Below, piece by piece: positions 53,339-63,800 of a DNA stretch of 64,000 nt. This stretch comes from an uncultured Phycisphaera sp. (GTDB taxonomy: Bacteria > Planctomycetota > Phycisphaerae > UBA1845), in contig CAZYEX010000053.1 in assembly GCA_964646605.1 (NCBI GenBank), positions 14,929-78,928 on the forward strand. The letters are read 5' to 3'. Below the pieces are notes generated by a model that was given only the letters and a program-made list of their open reading frames with translations, was not told the DNA's origin and did not search any database. The position numbers and the translations under genes were made by a program. Each line of letters begins with the position of its first letter. Position 1 is the first letter of the stretch.

Positions 53339-55300
53339 TCACGGCTCGCAACTGACGCTCCGACAGACGCCTGGACAATCCTGCACACAGGCTTGGTGCT
53401 CGCCCTCGCTCACTTTGAGCCAACGGGCTGAGGCCCGGCCGAAGCGCGAGACCGTGGCGATCTGCGGATCGCCGCCGTCGAGGGTCAGGATCAGCTCCGT
53501 CCCTTGGGAAAATTGCGTGACCACGGTCGCCTGCAGAGTGAATGTCCCGCTGCGGCAGGTCAGGCGCATGCGGTTGACGTCGTCGCACGTTCCCGGGCAA
53601 GAGATGCTGTGCGCCGCAAAAGCATCGCAGATCGCTTCGCCGTGCGGCGTACCGTTGGAGATGTCGGCGTTGTCGTCGTCGACGGTGAGCACTTCGACGG
53701 CCGTCAGGGGATGGGCGCTGTTGCGAAGGCGGCCGCCGATGGTGATCTGCGACCAATCGGTGAACAACTGCCGAGCGTAGTCGAGCCCCATCGGCGCGCC
53801 CATCGAGGCTTGCAGGTTCAGCTTGAGGTCCCACCACACGCCGCCGAGCACTTGCCCGCAGTCATGCACCTCGCCGAAACAGGGGTATTGTTTGTTGGCG
53901 GTCACGATGTCGCGGACGGACGTTCCCGGTCCGATGAACTCGCGCCCGACCACGGGGTCGTCGTGTTGCAGGATGGCCGTGCAGTCGCCGAATCCCTCGC
54001 CGAACGCCCCTTGGGGAAGGTTGAGGCGGTCGACGATGAAATGGCCGTACTCATGGGCGACAACGGTGCTGTACGCCGTGTTCGGGCAACCCGATCCCGA
54101 GGCGAAGAAGTTGATCGACAGACCCACCGGCGTGAAGAACGCGTTGCACGTGCTGGGCATGTTCACGAAGCAATCGAGCGGAAGATCCAACCCGGTGAAC
54201 GCGGGTTGGCGCTGTTTGTAGAAGTTGTGCGTTGCGTTGGTGTGCAGGAAGGCGTTGACTTGCGAGGTCGTCGTTTCCGCGGGGGTGTCGTTGAAGAACA
54301 GGTCGGCGGGTCCCGGCGGGGTGACGGTCTGGTCGACGCGCAGCCCCTCGCCGCTAGAATCACGAGCGAAAACCCAGGGGCCGGAAAGAAGCGCGAACAC
54401 ATCTACGGGGTCCGTCCCGGCGTTGGACAGGATGAAGTCGCCGCCGGCGTCGGTGAGCGCCGACCCGCTGAGTTCGCGCTGCACCTCGAGCTCGGCGAGG
54501 TTCACGGCCACGGGTGCGTTGGTCGGCAAATCGGGCAGCAAGCCCGGAGTCGTTTTGCCGCTGGCGTGACCGAAGATATCGAGCTGGTAGACCTCATCTT
54601 GAACGTGAATCAGGTTTCCGTTCGACGCGTCGACGAAGAAGGTGTAGGCCGCGAAGTTCTCGCCGTGCGGCGTCGATCCGTGGAACTTCCAGGCGCGGAC
54701 TGGGTCATTGCGGAGAAAGCTGTCACCCGGCACAAAGACCACAAGCTGCGCTGGGGACCATTCGGTGAGTTCTGAAAAGACGGGGTTCGTTCGGACGGTT
54801 CGGATGGCGGCGTCGGCCTCCACGCGGTCCGCGGGGAACCCCAAAGTCGGTCGACGAGCGAATCGCCCCGCGGCGTACACGACGCGGGATCGCCCGCCGC
54901 CCGAGACGACCATGCGGCCGATGCCGCCCTCGACGGGCACGCCGTCGAAGGTTTGTTGCAAAACGGTGACGCTGAGGGCGCCGCCGCCCAGGGCATGGTG
55001 CGAAGCGATGCGCAGGTCGGCGACCCGCGCTCCGAGAACGCCCGCGTGGTGGTGAAGCCACGCTTGCACGGCCTTTTCGCCACCCGCGGCTACGGTCATC
55101 GGGCGGCCGTACACGGCGGGTTCATCCTCGTCGCCGTAGGCGATCCGCACGCCGGGGAACCGCGATTCGAGCAAGTCGCGGTCGGCCTGGGCAACCTCTG
55201 CGAGTGCCGATGGACCGTTCGACACCGCACTCGCGACGAAAATCGCCAGAACAACAGAGGCATTCAGCACCGATGGGCGCATCCGATAACTCATCATCAT
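53339..55300 (-). CDS. Secreted M4/M36 (thermolysin/fungalysin-like) metallopeptidase with FTP/PepSY-like prodomain
   Basis: Signal peptide, QQTFDGVPVEGG, YTFFVDASNG, CNAFF, VVAHEYGH (HExxH), FGEGFGD, VHDCG. Confidence 0.85.
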   Translation of the reverse strand: MMMSYRMRPSVLNASVVLAIFVASAVSNGPSALAEVAQADRDLLESRFPGVRIAYGDEDEPAVYGRPMTVAAGGEKAVQAWLHHHAGVLGARVADLRIASHHALGGGALSVTVLQQTFDGVPVEGGIGRMVVSGGGRSRVVYAAGRFARRPTLGFPADRVEADAAIRTVRTNPVFSELTEWSPAQLVVFVPGDSFLRNDPVRAWKFHGSTPHGENFAAYTFFVDASNGNLIHVQDEVYQLDIFGHASGKTTPGLLPDLPTNAPVAVNLAELEVQRELSGSALTDAGGDFILSNAGTDPVDVFALLSGPWVFARDSSGEGLRVDQTVTPPGPADLFFNDTPAETTTSQVNAFLHTNATHNFYKQRQPAFTGLDLPLDCFVNMPSTCNAFFTPVGLSINFFASGSGCPNTAYSTVVAHEYGHFIVDRLNLPQGAFGEGFGDCTAILQHDDPVVGREFIGPGTSVRDIVTANKQYPCFGEVHDCGQVLGGVWWDLKLNLQASMGAPMGLDYARQLFTDWSQITIGGRLRNSAHPLTAVEVLTVDDDNADISNGTPHGEAICDAFAAHSISCPGTCDDVNRMRLTCRSGTFTLQATVVTQFSQGTELILTLDGGDPQIATVSRFGRASARWLKVSEGEHQACVQDCPGVCRSVSCEP

Positions 55301-55409
55301 TTCCGCGAGGTCCTTTCGTATGGTCGGGCGTCGGCGTGCGTGAGCGACGGGTGGCGCCGATTGTCCCAACGTGAATGCCCCCCACTAGCCGACCGACAAC
55401 CCAGGCGAT

Positions 55410-55438
55410 AGCGTATAAACAATGACAGGAGATGTCAA
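55410..55438 (-). promoter_or_regulatory. Sigma70 promoter of the M4/M36 peptidase
   Basis: TTGACA-N17-TACGCT on the minus strand. Confidence 0.65.
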
Positions 55439-55459
55439 CGCGGCGAGATCAGAAAACGC

Positions 55460-56710
55460 ATGAAATCAGTCCGCTTTGGACGTTCATTCCGGGTTGGAAT
55501 ACTCCGACTGTCTGCGGTTGGGGTCGTCCTCACGGCACACTTTACGGCGACCGCGTCGGCGGAGACAACCGTTCAAGCAGTTCGAATTGATGGAACCGGC
55601 GTCTCCGGCGTCTGGCTGGGTGTCGGGCCTGATGGCGCGGTGCGGCTGCAAGGTGCACAAGGTGCGGCGACGCTCCCGCCGGATGAGCTGTCCTCGGTTC
55701 GATTTCCGACAGGCCCGAGCGCTCCGCCTGGCGCCAGTTCGTTTTTCCTCTCCGACGGCGGCCGACTTCAGGGCACGCTTGGCGGCGGAGATGCGGAGTC
55801 GGTGATCGCCCAAACGATCCTGTCGGAGAATACGCGCTTGCCCTTCTCCGCTCTGGCGGGAATCCGGCTGGTTGCCGTCGAGGAAACCGAGAAGTCCGAA
55901 GAACTTTTTCAGGCGGCGTTTCGAGCCCGATTGCCCGGACAGGACGTGCTGATCGCCCGCGAAGGCGATGAGGTCAAGTCCATTCGCGGACGATTGGAAA
56001 CACTGGAAGCGCAGCGCGGGGCGTTCGTCCTAGGCGAGCGATCGCGCCCCTTCCAGACGGAGAAGATGTACGGCGTCGTTTTCGCAGCGGGGCTGGCCAG
56101 ATCGACCGCGCTGCCCGTGACGGTCGAGCTTTCCGACGGGTCGAGCTTCGCGGGGACGATCGAGCGGGCAGACGAATCCACCATCCGAATCGGCGCGTCG
56201 TTTGGGACGGCGCTCGACGTGGCGACGAGTCGGGTCGTCAAGTTGACGTTCCGCAGTCCGCGGGTGGTGTATGTGAGCGATCTATCGCCGGTCGGGGAAC
56301 GGGTGGAGGGTCTGGTGCATCGACCCTGGCCGATCCGACGCGACCTGTCGGTGTCCGCCAAGCCCTTGTCGATCGACGGTCGGGTTTTCGACAAGGGGTT
56401 GGGGGTTCACAGCCGGACGGAGTTGGACTACGACCTTGGCGGCGGCTACGAGTTGTTTGTGGCTACCGTGGGGATCGACGACGCGGTGCGGCCGCTGGGC
56501 AGCGTGGTCTTCCGCGTCATCGGCGACGGCCGTACGCTTTGGGATAGCGGGTCGGTCAGCGGACTGGATGCCCCGCGTGAGGTTCGCGTGGAGGTCGGCG
56601 GAGTCAAACGTTTGACGCTGGCGGTGGATTACGGAGACGGGCTGGACCTCTCGGACCAAGCCGACTGGGGCGGGGCTCGTTTGATACGACCGGTGGATCG
56701 CAAGCCATGA
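55460..56710 (+). CDS. Secreted NPCBM/NEW2 domain protein
   Basis: C-terminal FDKGLGVHSRTELDYDL...ATVGIDD...GSVVFRVIGDG...DQADWGGARL. Confidence 0.88.
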   Translation: MKSVRFGRSFRVGILRLSAVGVVLTAHFTATASAETTVQAVRIDGTGVSGVWLGVGPDGAVRLQGAQGAATLPPDELSSVRFPTGPSAPPGASSFFLSDGGRLQGTLGGGDAESVIAQTILSENTRLPFSALAGIRLVAVEETEKSEELFQAAFRARLPGQDVLIAREGDEVKSIRGRLETLEAQRGAFVLGERSRPFQTEKMYGVVFAAGLARSTALPVTVELSDGSSFAGTIERADESTIRIGASFGTALDVATSRVVKLTFRSPRVVYVSDLSPVGERVEGLVHRPWPIRRDLSVSAKPLSIDGRVFDKGLGVHSRTELDYDLGGGYELFVATVGIDDAVRPLGSVVFRVIGDGRTLWDSGSVSGLDAPREVRVEVGGVKRLTLAVDYGDGLDLSDQADWGGARLIRPVDRKP

Positions 56711-58437
56711 GGTCGATGTTCGCAAAGCGGGCGGCGCTGGGGCTCTTGTGTCTCGCCTGCCAGATACCCGTCACTTACGCCGATTCCCTGAACCTACCCG
56801 ATGCGATTCGCCGGGCGGAGGAAGCCCGCGTGGAGATGATCCAGCGCGTGGCGCCGAGCGTGGTGTCCGTTTTCGACGCTCGTCAACGCGGCGGCGGATC
56901 GGGCGTAGTGATTGACGCGCAAGGGTATGGTCTGAGCAATTATCACGTCGTTGCGGAGATGCTCGAAACGCGCCGTGGATGGGGGGGGCTCAGCGACGGG
57001 AAACTGTACGAGCTGGAAGTCTTGGGGATCGACCCGACCGGCGACGTAGCCATGTTTCGCCTGATCGGCGGGGAACCCTTCGCACATGTTGACCTCGGCG
57101 ACTCGGACGCGGTGCGCGTGGGTGACACGGTTCTGGCCATGGGCAATCCGTTTTCCATCAGCGAGGACTACACGCCGACGGTGACCTTGGGCATGGTGAA
57201 TGGCGTCCACCGCTATCAGTCGGGCGTGGGGAAGAACCTGGTTTATTCCGACTGCCTTCAAGTGGACGCGGCCATCAATCCTGGCAACTCGGGCGGGCCT
57301 CTGTTCAACCTGGCGGGCGAGGTCATCGGCATCAACGGCCGGATTTCGGTCAATCGTCGCGGTCGGCTCAACGTTGGTTTCGGGTATTCGATCGCCGCCA
57401 ATCAGATCAAGCGTTTCCTTCCCACGCTACGAGCGGGTTTGCAGGCCAAACACGGGACGCTCCAAGCGACGTTGGACGCCGTGGCCGAGGGAAGCGTGGC
57501 TTTTTCGAAGATGGGCGCGGAGTCCAACGTCGCCCGCATGGGGATTCGCAGCGGCGACCGACTCCTTCGCTTCGACGACGTACCCATCGCCTCGGGCAAT
57601 CAATATGCGGGACTTCTGGGGGCCTACCCGGCGGACTGGCCGGTGCCCCTCCACATCGAGCGCGACGGGCAGCAGCGTGAAGTGATCGTCCGTCTCGATG
57701 CCGAGAACCCCAAGTCGCGCCGGCCCTTCGCCCCCGACCGCGCCGTGAATTTCCGCGAGATCGAACGCGTGCTTCGCAACTTCCAGAGCGCATCCTTTGC
57801 CGGCGGGATCGCGCGCCGACCGCAGAGCTGGAAGTGGAAGGTGACCCGCGAGGAAATCGGCGTAGCCGACGGCGCTCAGCGCCTCGAGGTCTACGACGTT
57901 TCGCAGGTCGGCGACGGCCCGATGCGCATGCAGCGGCGCTACGACGACGGCTCGGCGGGTTCGCTTTTCACGGCCACGGAGCGGACGGTGACCGAGTCAC
58001 TGCCCCGCGAGGGCGGCGAAATTGAGCCTCGTTTGGAGGTCAAGATGGCGCTACACGCGCTGTACGTCATGCAGCGCTGGCTTCTGGAACCGGTCGAGGC
58101 CATCGACCTGACCGGCGTGCATCACGTCGGCGGAGACCGATGGATGCAAAGGGCGTCCTCCGCGACTGCTTTATCGCCGCGACAAGCCCGCGATCGGGTC
58201 CTGGACGTTCTGGAATGGGCGGTCGGCGAGCAGGCGTGGGCCAAGTTCGGGTTCGACGGCGACGGCGGGCGATTGGTCTACATTCGCGTGCGCGACGTAT
58301 TGACCGGAAGCGAGGTGACCGTGGACCTTTCCGATCACCGGGACATCGGCGGGATTGTCTGGCCCGGCCGAATGGACCTCACCCTCGGCGGTCGTCAGTA
58401 TCGTGATGTCCTCTCCGATTGGGAACTTACTCCGTGA
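56707..58437 (+). CDS. HtrA/DegP-like (S1C) protease + PDZ + extra C-terminal domain; triad intact
   Basis: GSGVVI, SNYHV, GDVA, DAAINPGNSGGP. Confidence 0.9.
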   Translation: MRSMFAKRAALGLLCLACQIPVTYADSLNLPDAIRRAEEARVEMIQRVAPSVVSVFDARQRGGGSGVVIDAQGYGLSNYHVVAEMLETRRGWGGLSDGKLYELEVLGIDPTGDVAMFRLIGGEPFAHVDLGDSDAVRVGDTVLAMGNPFSISEDYTPTVTLGMVNGVHRYQSGVGKNLVYSDCLQVDAAINPGNSGGPLFNLAGEVIGINGRISVNRRGRLNVGFGYSIAANQIKRFLPTLRAGLQAKHGTLQATLDAVAEGSVAFSKMGAESNVARMGIRSGDRLLRFDDVPIASGNQYAGLLGAYPADWPVPLHIERDGQQREVIVRLDAENPKSRRPFAPDRAVNFREIERVLRNFQSASFAGGIARRPQSWKWKVTREEIGVADGAQRLEVYDVSQVGDGPMRMQRRYDDGSAGSLFTATERTVTESLPREGGEIEPRLEVKMALHALYVMQRWLLEPVEAIDLTGVHHVGGDRWMQRASSATALSPRQARDRVLDVLEWAVGEQAWAKFGFDGDGGRLVYIRVRDVLTGSEVTVDLSDHRDIGGIVWPGRMDLTLGGRQYRDVLSDWELTP

Positions 58438-59492
58438 ACGGCAAAGCGTTGTTTTTGGCCTGTTTCTCGCTCGTCGGTGGTATGTCCGCGGGGGGCGGTG
58501 AGTTCGATCGGGCGATCGAGACGGTCCTGCCGAGAGTCGTGAAGCTGTACGGACTGGGCACGGGTCAACAGGTCGGCTATGGCACCGGTGTGTTGGTTTC
58601 ATCGGACGGGCTGGTGCTCACCGTGTTTTCGCTGTTGATTGACGCCCGCAAGGTCCGGGCGGTGACGGAAGATGGCACGGTGCTCGAGGCCGAGGTCGTC
58701 CGCCGCGACGCCAAGCGGCAACTCGCCCTGCTTCGACTGCGGCAGTCCGGGGGCGGTACCCAGGGGGATACCGCGCCGCGACCGTTTCCCTATTTCGATC
58801 TTGCCTGCACCGCAAGCGGCGACGCGAATTCGCCCGCAGCGCTGAAGCCCGGTGATTGGGTGGTGGTGGCGGGCAACCCCTTCAAGGTGGCCGACGGGGC
58901 CGAACCCGTCACCGTCTCGCACGGACTCTTCTCGGCGCGCACACGCATGGACGCCCGGCGAGGCGTCAAGGATTTCCCCTACCGCGGCGAGGTGTTGGTG
59001 TTGGATACCGTGACCAGCAACCCCGGGGCGCCGGGCAGCGCCGTGGTCGATCTTGACGGTCGTTTCGTGGGGATGGTGGGGCGGGAAGTGATTTCCAACC
59101 TGACCCATACGCACTTCAACTATGCGATGCCCCGCGATGTCTTGTGCGAGTTTCTTCTCGAAGCCGCGGCCCCGCCGGGGATGGCGGCGAGTGCCGAAGC
59201 TATGTCATCCACCGAACCGCCGGCGAGCCGCGATCCGGGCATCCGTCTGGTCCGTACGGGCTACCAAAGACTCCCACCGATGGTGGAGCGCGTTCGCCGC
59301 GGTTCGCTTGCGGAGCGGGCCGGCGTGCGGCCTGACGATTTGATTCTCTCCGTCAACGGCAGGCAGGTGGCCGACGTCGAGGAGTACGCCGAGCGGTTGG
59401 AATCCGTTTCGTCTGACGAACCGATCGAACTGGTCATTCGCCGCGACCGGACGATCCACTCGATCCGCATCGAGGCGGAGAAAAAACCATGA
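58419..59492 (+). CDS. HtrA-like pseudo-protease + PDZ
   Basis: GTGVLV; LTVFSL (no His); SNPGAPGSA (Ser to Pro). Confidence 0.85.
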   Translation: MGTYSVNGKALFLACFSLVGGMSAGGGEFDRAIETVLPRVVKLYGLGTGQQVGYGTGVLVSSDGLVLTVFSLLIDARKVRAVTEDGTVLEAEVVRRDAKRQLALLRLRQSGGGTQGDTAPRPFPYFDLACTASGDANSPAALKPGDWVVVAGNPFKVADGAEPVTVSHGLFSARTRMDARRGVKDFPYRGEVLVLDTVTSNPGAPGSAVVDLDGRFVGMVGREVISNLTHTHFNYAMPRDVLCEFLLEAAAPPGMAASAEAMSSTEPPASRDPGIRLVRTGYQRLPPMVERVRRGSLAERAGVRPDDLILSVNGRQVADVEEYAERLESVSSDEPIELVIRRDRTIHSIRIEAEKKP

Positions 59493-60679
59493 CCCGTCGC
59501 ATCGCGACCCGGTTCATCGCCGCCGCTTGTCTGTGCCTGGCAGGCCAAACGAGCCTCGGCGCCCCCGAGGCGTCCGGCGACTCGACGCTTCGCGCCATGC
59601 AGGACCAATTCCGCCGCGTCGCCGATCGGCTGCGGCCCTGCATGGTTCGCATCGAGACGGTGGGCGGAACCCAACCCACGGCTCCGCAAGCTCCGCGGGA
59701 GGAAAAGAGCGACCCAGACGAGGGCGGCGAACCGAACGAGCCGAAAAAACCGCGCCTGCAAAATCCCTTCCGCGAGGAGGTGGGTTCGCGGTTCGCGGTT
59801 GCGGACGGTCCGACGACCGGACTGGTCTGGTCGTCCGACGGGTACATCGTCACCAGCAGCTTCAACTTCGTCCGCGAGCCGGCGCTGGTGTCGGTGGTGC
59901 TTGCGGACGGTCGGCGATTGGCGGCGGATGTCGTGGCTCGGGATCAGGTCCGCAAGATTGCTTTGCTGAAGATCGACGCCCGCGACCTTCCGGTCCCCAC
60001 GTGGACCGATCTGCAGGACGTCCGCGTCGGAGAATCGGTGGTGGCGCTGGGGCTAGGGTTTGGGACCGAGGCGCCGTCGCTCACCGTGGGCATCGTCAGC
60101 GCCTTCAACCGTATGCGCGGCAACGCCTTGCAGACCGACGCCAAGCTCAGTCCGGCGAACTACGGCGGACCGCTCTGTGATCTGTACGGACGAGTGCTGG
60201 GCATCAACGTCCCCATGGCCCAACGACCCGGCGAATTGGCGGGCGCGGAGATGTATGACTCCGGAGTGGGATTCGCCGTGCCCAAGGAGCGGCTGGACGC
60301 CATCGTCGGCGAGCTGGTGACCGGTCGATCGTTTTATCGCGGCTGGTTGGGGCTGAACATCGAGCCGCGGATCGTGGACGCGTTGGTGATTCACAACGTC
60401 GCCGATCCCTCGCCGGTCAGGGCCGCGGGTCTGCTGCCGGGCGACAAGATCCTCACCATCGACGGTCGGCGAATCAATCACTACGGGAACCTCGTGCAGT
60501 CCCTCAACATGCGTCCGGCGGGCGAGGAAGTCCTCTTGGAGGTGGACCGCAACGGCGCCGCCTTCAGCGTAAAGGTTCGATTGGGGCGGATCGACGAACT
60601 GGGCCCCATGCCCGAGCTCGAAGAGCCGTTCGACCCGTCGAACCCGCTCCCCGCGCCCGAGCCGGAAGAGAACCCCTGA
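59489..60679 (+). CDS. HtrA-like pseudo-protease + PDZ
   Basis: TTGLVW; VTSSFN (no His); LSPANYGGP (Ser to Tyr); RGWLG + PDZ. Confidence 0.85.
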   Translation: MTRRIATRFIAAACLCLAGQTSLGAPEASGDSTLRAMQDQFRRVADRLRPCMVRIETVGGTQPTAPQAPREEKSDPDEGGEPNEPKKPRLQNPFREEVGSRFAVADGPTTGLVWSSDGYIVTSSFNFVREPALVSVVLADGRRLAADVVARDQVRKIALLKIDARDLPVPTWTDLQDVRVGESVVALGLGFGTEAPSLTVGIVSAFNRMRGNALQTDAKLSPANYGGPLCDLYGRVLGINVPMAQRPGELAGAEMYDSGVGFAVPKERLDAIVGELVTGRSFYRGWLGLNIEPRIVDALVIHNVADPSPVRAAGLLPGDKILTIDGRRINHYGNLVQSLNMRPAGEEVLLEVDRNGAAFSVKVRLGRIDELGPMPELEEPFDPSNPLPAPEPEENP

Positions 60680-60755
60680 CGGGTCGATAGTGGACTCTGC
60701 ATTGGCGCGGAGATTCGAAAGTATCGCTACTTGGGGGCGCGTACATCGTCGTTCG

Positions 60756-60782
60756 GCGTCACCCACAAGAGGTGACGCTACA
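60756..60782 (-). repeat. GTAG-type REP (family A)
   Basis: TGTAGCGTCACCTCTTGTGGGTGACGC. Confidence 0.8.
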
Positions 60783-60817
60783 TGGGGAAACGGTCCGCGT
60801 CGTGGTTCCAGGGTCCG

Positions 60818-63800
60818 TCAAGGGTCGAAACTCTTCTGAAACTCCGCGACATCCAGCATGTCCACGTCCCCATCGCCGTCGAAGTCGAACGGTTCGCAGC
60901 CGGGACTTCGCTCCACGTCCGGTCCGGTGGTGCAACCGGCGAGCAGGTCCGCGTCCACGAGATCCACGTCGTCGTCGATGTCACCGTCGCCGAAGCGCGT
61001 GATGATCACCGTGAGGTTGGCGACGGCGCTGGTCACGCTCCCGCAATCGTTGGTGACTACCACGTCGTATTCGCCGGGATGAGCGAGGGTTGCGGTGCCG
61101 ATCCGCAGGACGCTGGTATTCGCACCCGAGATCACGGCGCCGTTGTTGAGGTTGTTTCCGTTTCGACGCCATTGGTAAGTATGGGTCGGCGCCCCCTTGG
61201 CCGTCACGGAGAACTGCACCGGTTGGCCGGACACCACGGCGCGATGCTTAGCTTGGCGAACGATCTCCACGCGGTCCGCATCGACCAGCTCCCAGGTATC
61301 CCCCGGCACGAAACCGCTGGGTCCGCCGCCCCCGAACTGCACGATCGCGTTGCGGGCACTGTCATACGCAATGGCCCCACCCGCGGATCGAGGCGGACCG
61401 TCACTGTGCGACAGTAGTTTCCACGCCGCGCCGTCGAAACTCCAGGTGACCTGGATCGGATCGCTGAGCCGGTACGCGCCGTTGTTCCAAATGACCGTTT
61501 GGCGACCTTGGTGATAGGCGATTCCCGCACCGCCGGTGTACATACCCGGGTTGCGGTACACGGGGTCGTTGGCCGGAAAGATCCGCACCCATTGGGCGCC
61601 GTCCCACTCGAAGGTGTGCATATCCCAGTTGAAATCCGGAGCAAGCCAGCCGTTGAATGCGAATCGCTTATTGCGGGCGATATCATAGGCGATCGCCCCG
61701 ACATCCACGTAACCTCCGGGTGGAAGGTCCGGCAAACCGGATGAAATCTGTATCCACGTGCCTGCGACGCCGTCGAACTCCCAAGTGTCGTGCGCGTAGA
61801 ACGGTCCGCCCGGGGGGTCGATAAACCCGCTAAAGAGCACAGTTTTCTTGGCCGTAGAGTCGTACACCATACCGTGCCCGACGCGCCTCGCCGGTCCGGT
61901 CGTTACCCGCTGCGTCCAGGAGTTACCGTCCCATTCCCACGTGTCGTCAAGGAATCCGTAGGGGGACTGCGACCCGACGCCCAATCCGCCGAAGAGCACG
62001 CACGTGCCCCGGTCGCTGTCATAGGCCATTCCGGCGTCCCTCCGCGCGGTTGGACCGTTTGTGGCCCGCAGCGTCCACGTGTTCCCATTCCATTCCCACG
62101 TCTCGCGGTTGAAGCTGGAATAATCCGGATACAGGCCGCCGAACAGGACGGTCACGCCGCGTCGGCTGTCATACGCCATGCTCGGTCCGTAACGATAGGA
62201 CGGCCCCGTCGTCGCTGCGGTCGTCCACGGTTTGTACGCGACCGACAGCCCCACGGGGTTGCTGGTGCTGGAATCACAATCATTGGCGATGCGGACGGTG
62301 TATTGGCCGTTATCCGAATAGAGCAGGCCGTCGAAGGCGAGGTCCTCGGCCTGCGATCCGGTGCGGTGATCGTCGTCGGCAAGCGCCACGTTGTTCTGAC
62401 GCCATTGGTACATGAACGCGGGGATGCCGTTGCTGACGGCGTCGAACGTGGCGTCCTGACAGACGGTGTGCGGCCCGCCGCCGAAAATCGGAGAGGCCGT
62501 CGGGGGGATCACGTGCAAGCCCGCGGCGAAGGTGGCCACGGGAGAGCAGAGGGCGTTGGAAATAAGGGCCCGGTAGGTCACCTGCCCGTCGAAGGGGAAG
62601 ACGCGATCAATGGTCATGGTGTCGGTCGAGGTCCCTCGGGTGCGGATGTCGTCCACGAGGTACTCGAAGTCGAATAGGCCGTATTGCCATCGGAAGTTCA
62701 TGTCGTCAGGCCCCGTGGACGCCGCGTGAAAAGCGGCCGTTCCGCAGGCGGGCACGTTGATCGTTGCGGGGTGCTCGGCTACGTTGGGGCAGATGCGAAC
62801 CGTCCCCGCGCTGACCGCGTAGTGATTCCCGTTGAATGCGTCGGAGTAAAGCAGCGGAAATGCGCCGACGAAGTAATCGCCGGAGGCGACTTCGGGAATC
62901 GCCTTGACGACGTGGGCCTCGCCCACAGCGCCGCCGTTGAGGTTCACCGACGTAGCGCCCAGCAACGTGTCACCGACGGTCACGTTGTTGTCGGTCGAAA
63001 GGCGGAACTCGAGGAGGGGAACCGAAACGGGCCCCACGCCCACGTTGGTGACGGACGCCCCCGCGTCCAGGGACTCCCCATGCAAGTAGGAACTCGCGGC
63101 TACGGCAAATGCCGAGCGAAGGTCGAAGTCGCCCGGCGGCTGATCCGCCTCGCGTCCGAACCAGACGCTGACCGGGACGACGTTGGCCGCATTCGGGCCG
63201 TTGAGGTAATGCCCCGAGGAAAGGTACGTCCGATCGTCGAGCCAATGCAGTTGTGTCGAGAAGTAATCGCCCCAACGGTTACCGGCCGGCGGCGTAGCCG
63301 TGCCCGTGCCCGCCGGGACCAGCTCCGTGCCCGCGAAAGTGTGGTTGTTGTACCCATCGACGATGAATACACAGGGCACGGGGTGCTCGGCGCCGCCGCC
63401 GATCGCCACCACACCGCCCTTACCCCCGCCGGAGTTGGGATGAACCGAAGGGTAAGTGAGGGCAAACTGGTTGCTCCACATCGGCTCGGTGGTCAGGTAT
63501 CCCCGATCCGACTCGCGGACCTTGATCACGTCCACGTAGGGATAGGGGAAGTTCTCGTTTTGGGCGGAGGCGCGCAGGAAACCGAGTTCGCCGTTGGAGC
63601 GATAAGCGCCAAGGAGACGATTGTCGGCGCCCTGACAGTAGTTCCGCCCGCCCGGACCGGTACAAAGGAAGTTCCCGCCCGTCAGATCCGGATGATCCAC
63701 GTCGTCGAACGCCACCTCGTTGGAATCCTCGAACCAGCGGTGGATGCGAATCTCGTCGAGCAACTGCTGCTGCCCGCAGAAGGCCGTGTCGCCCGCGCCG

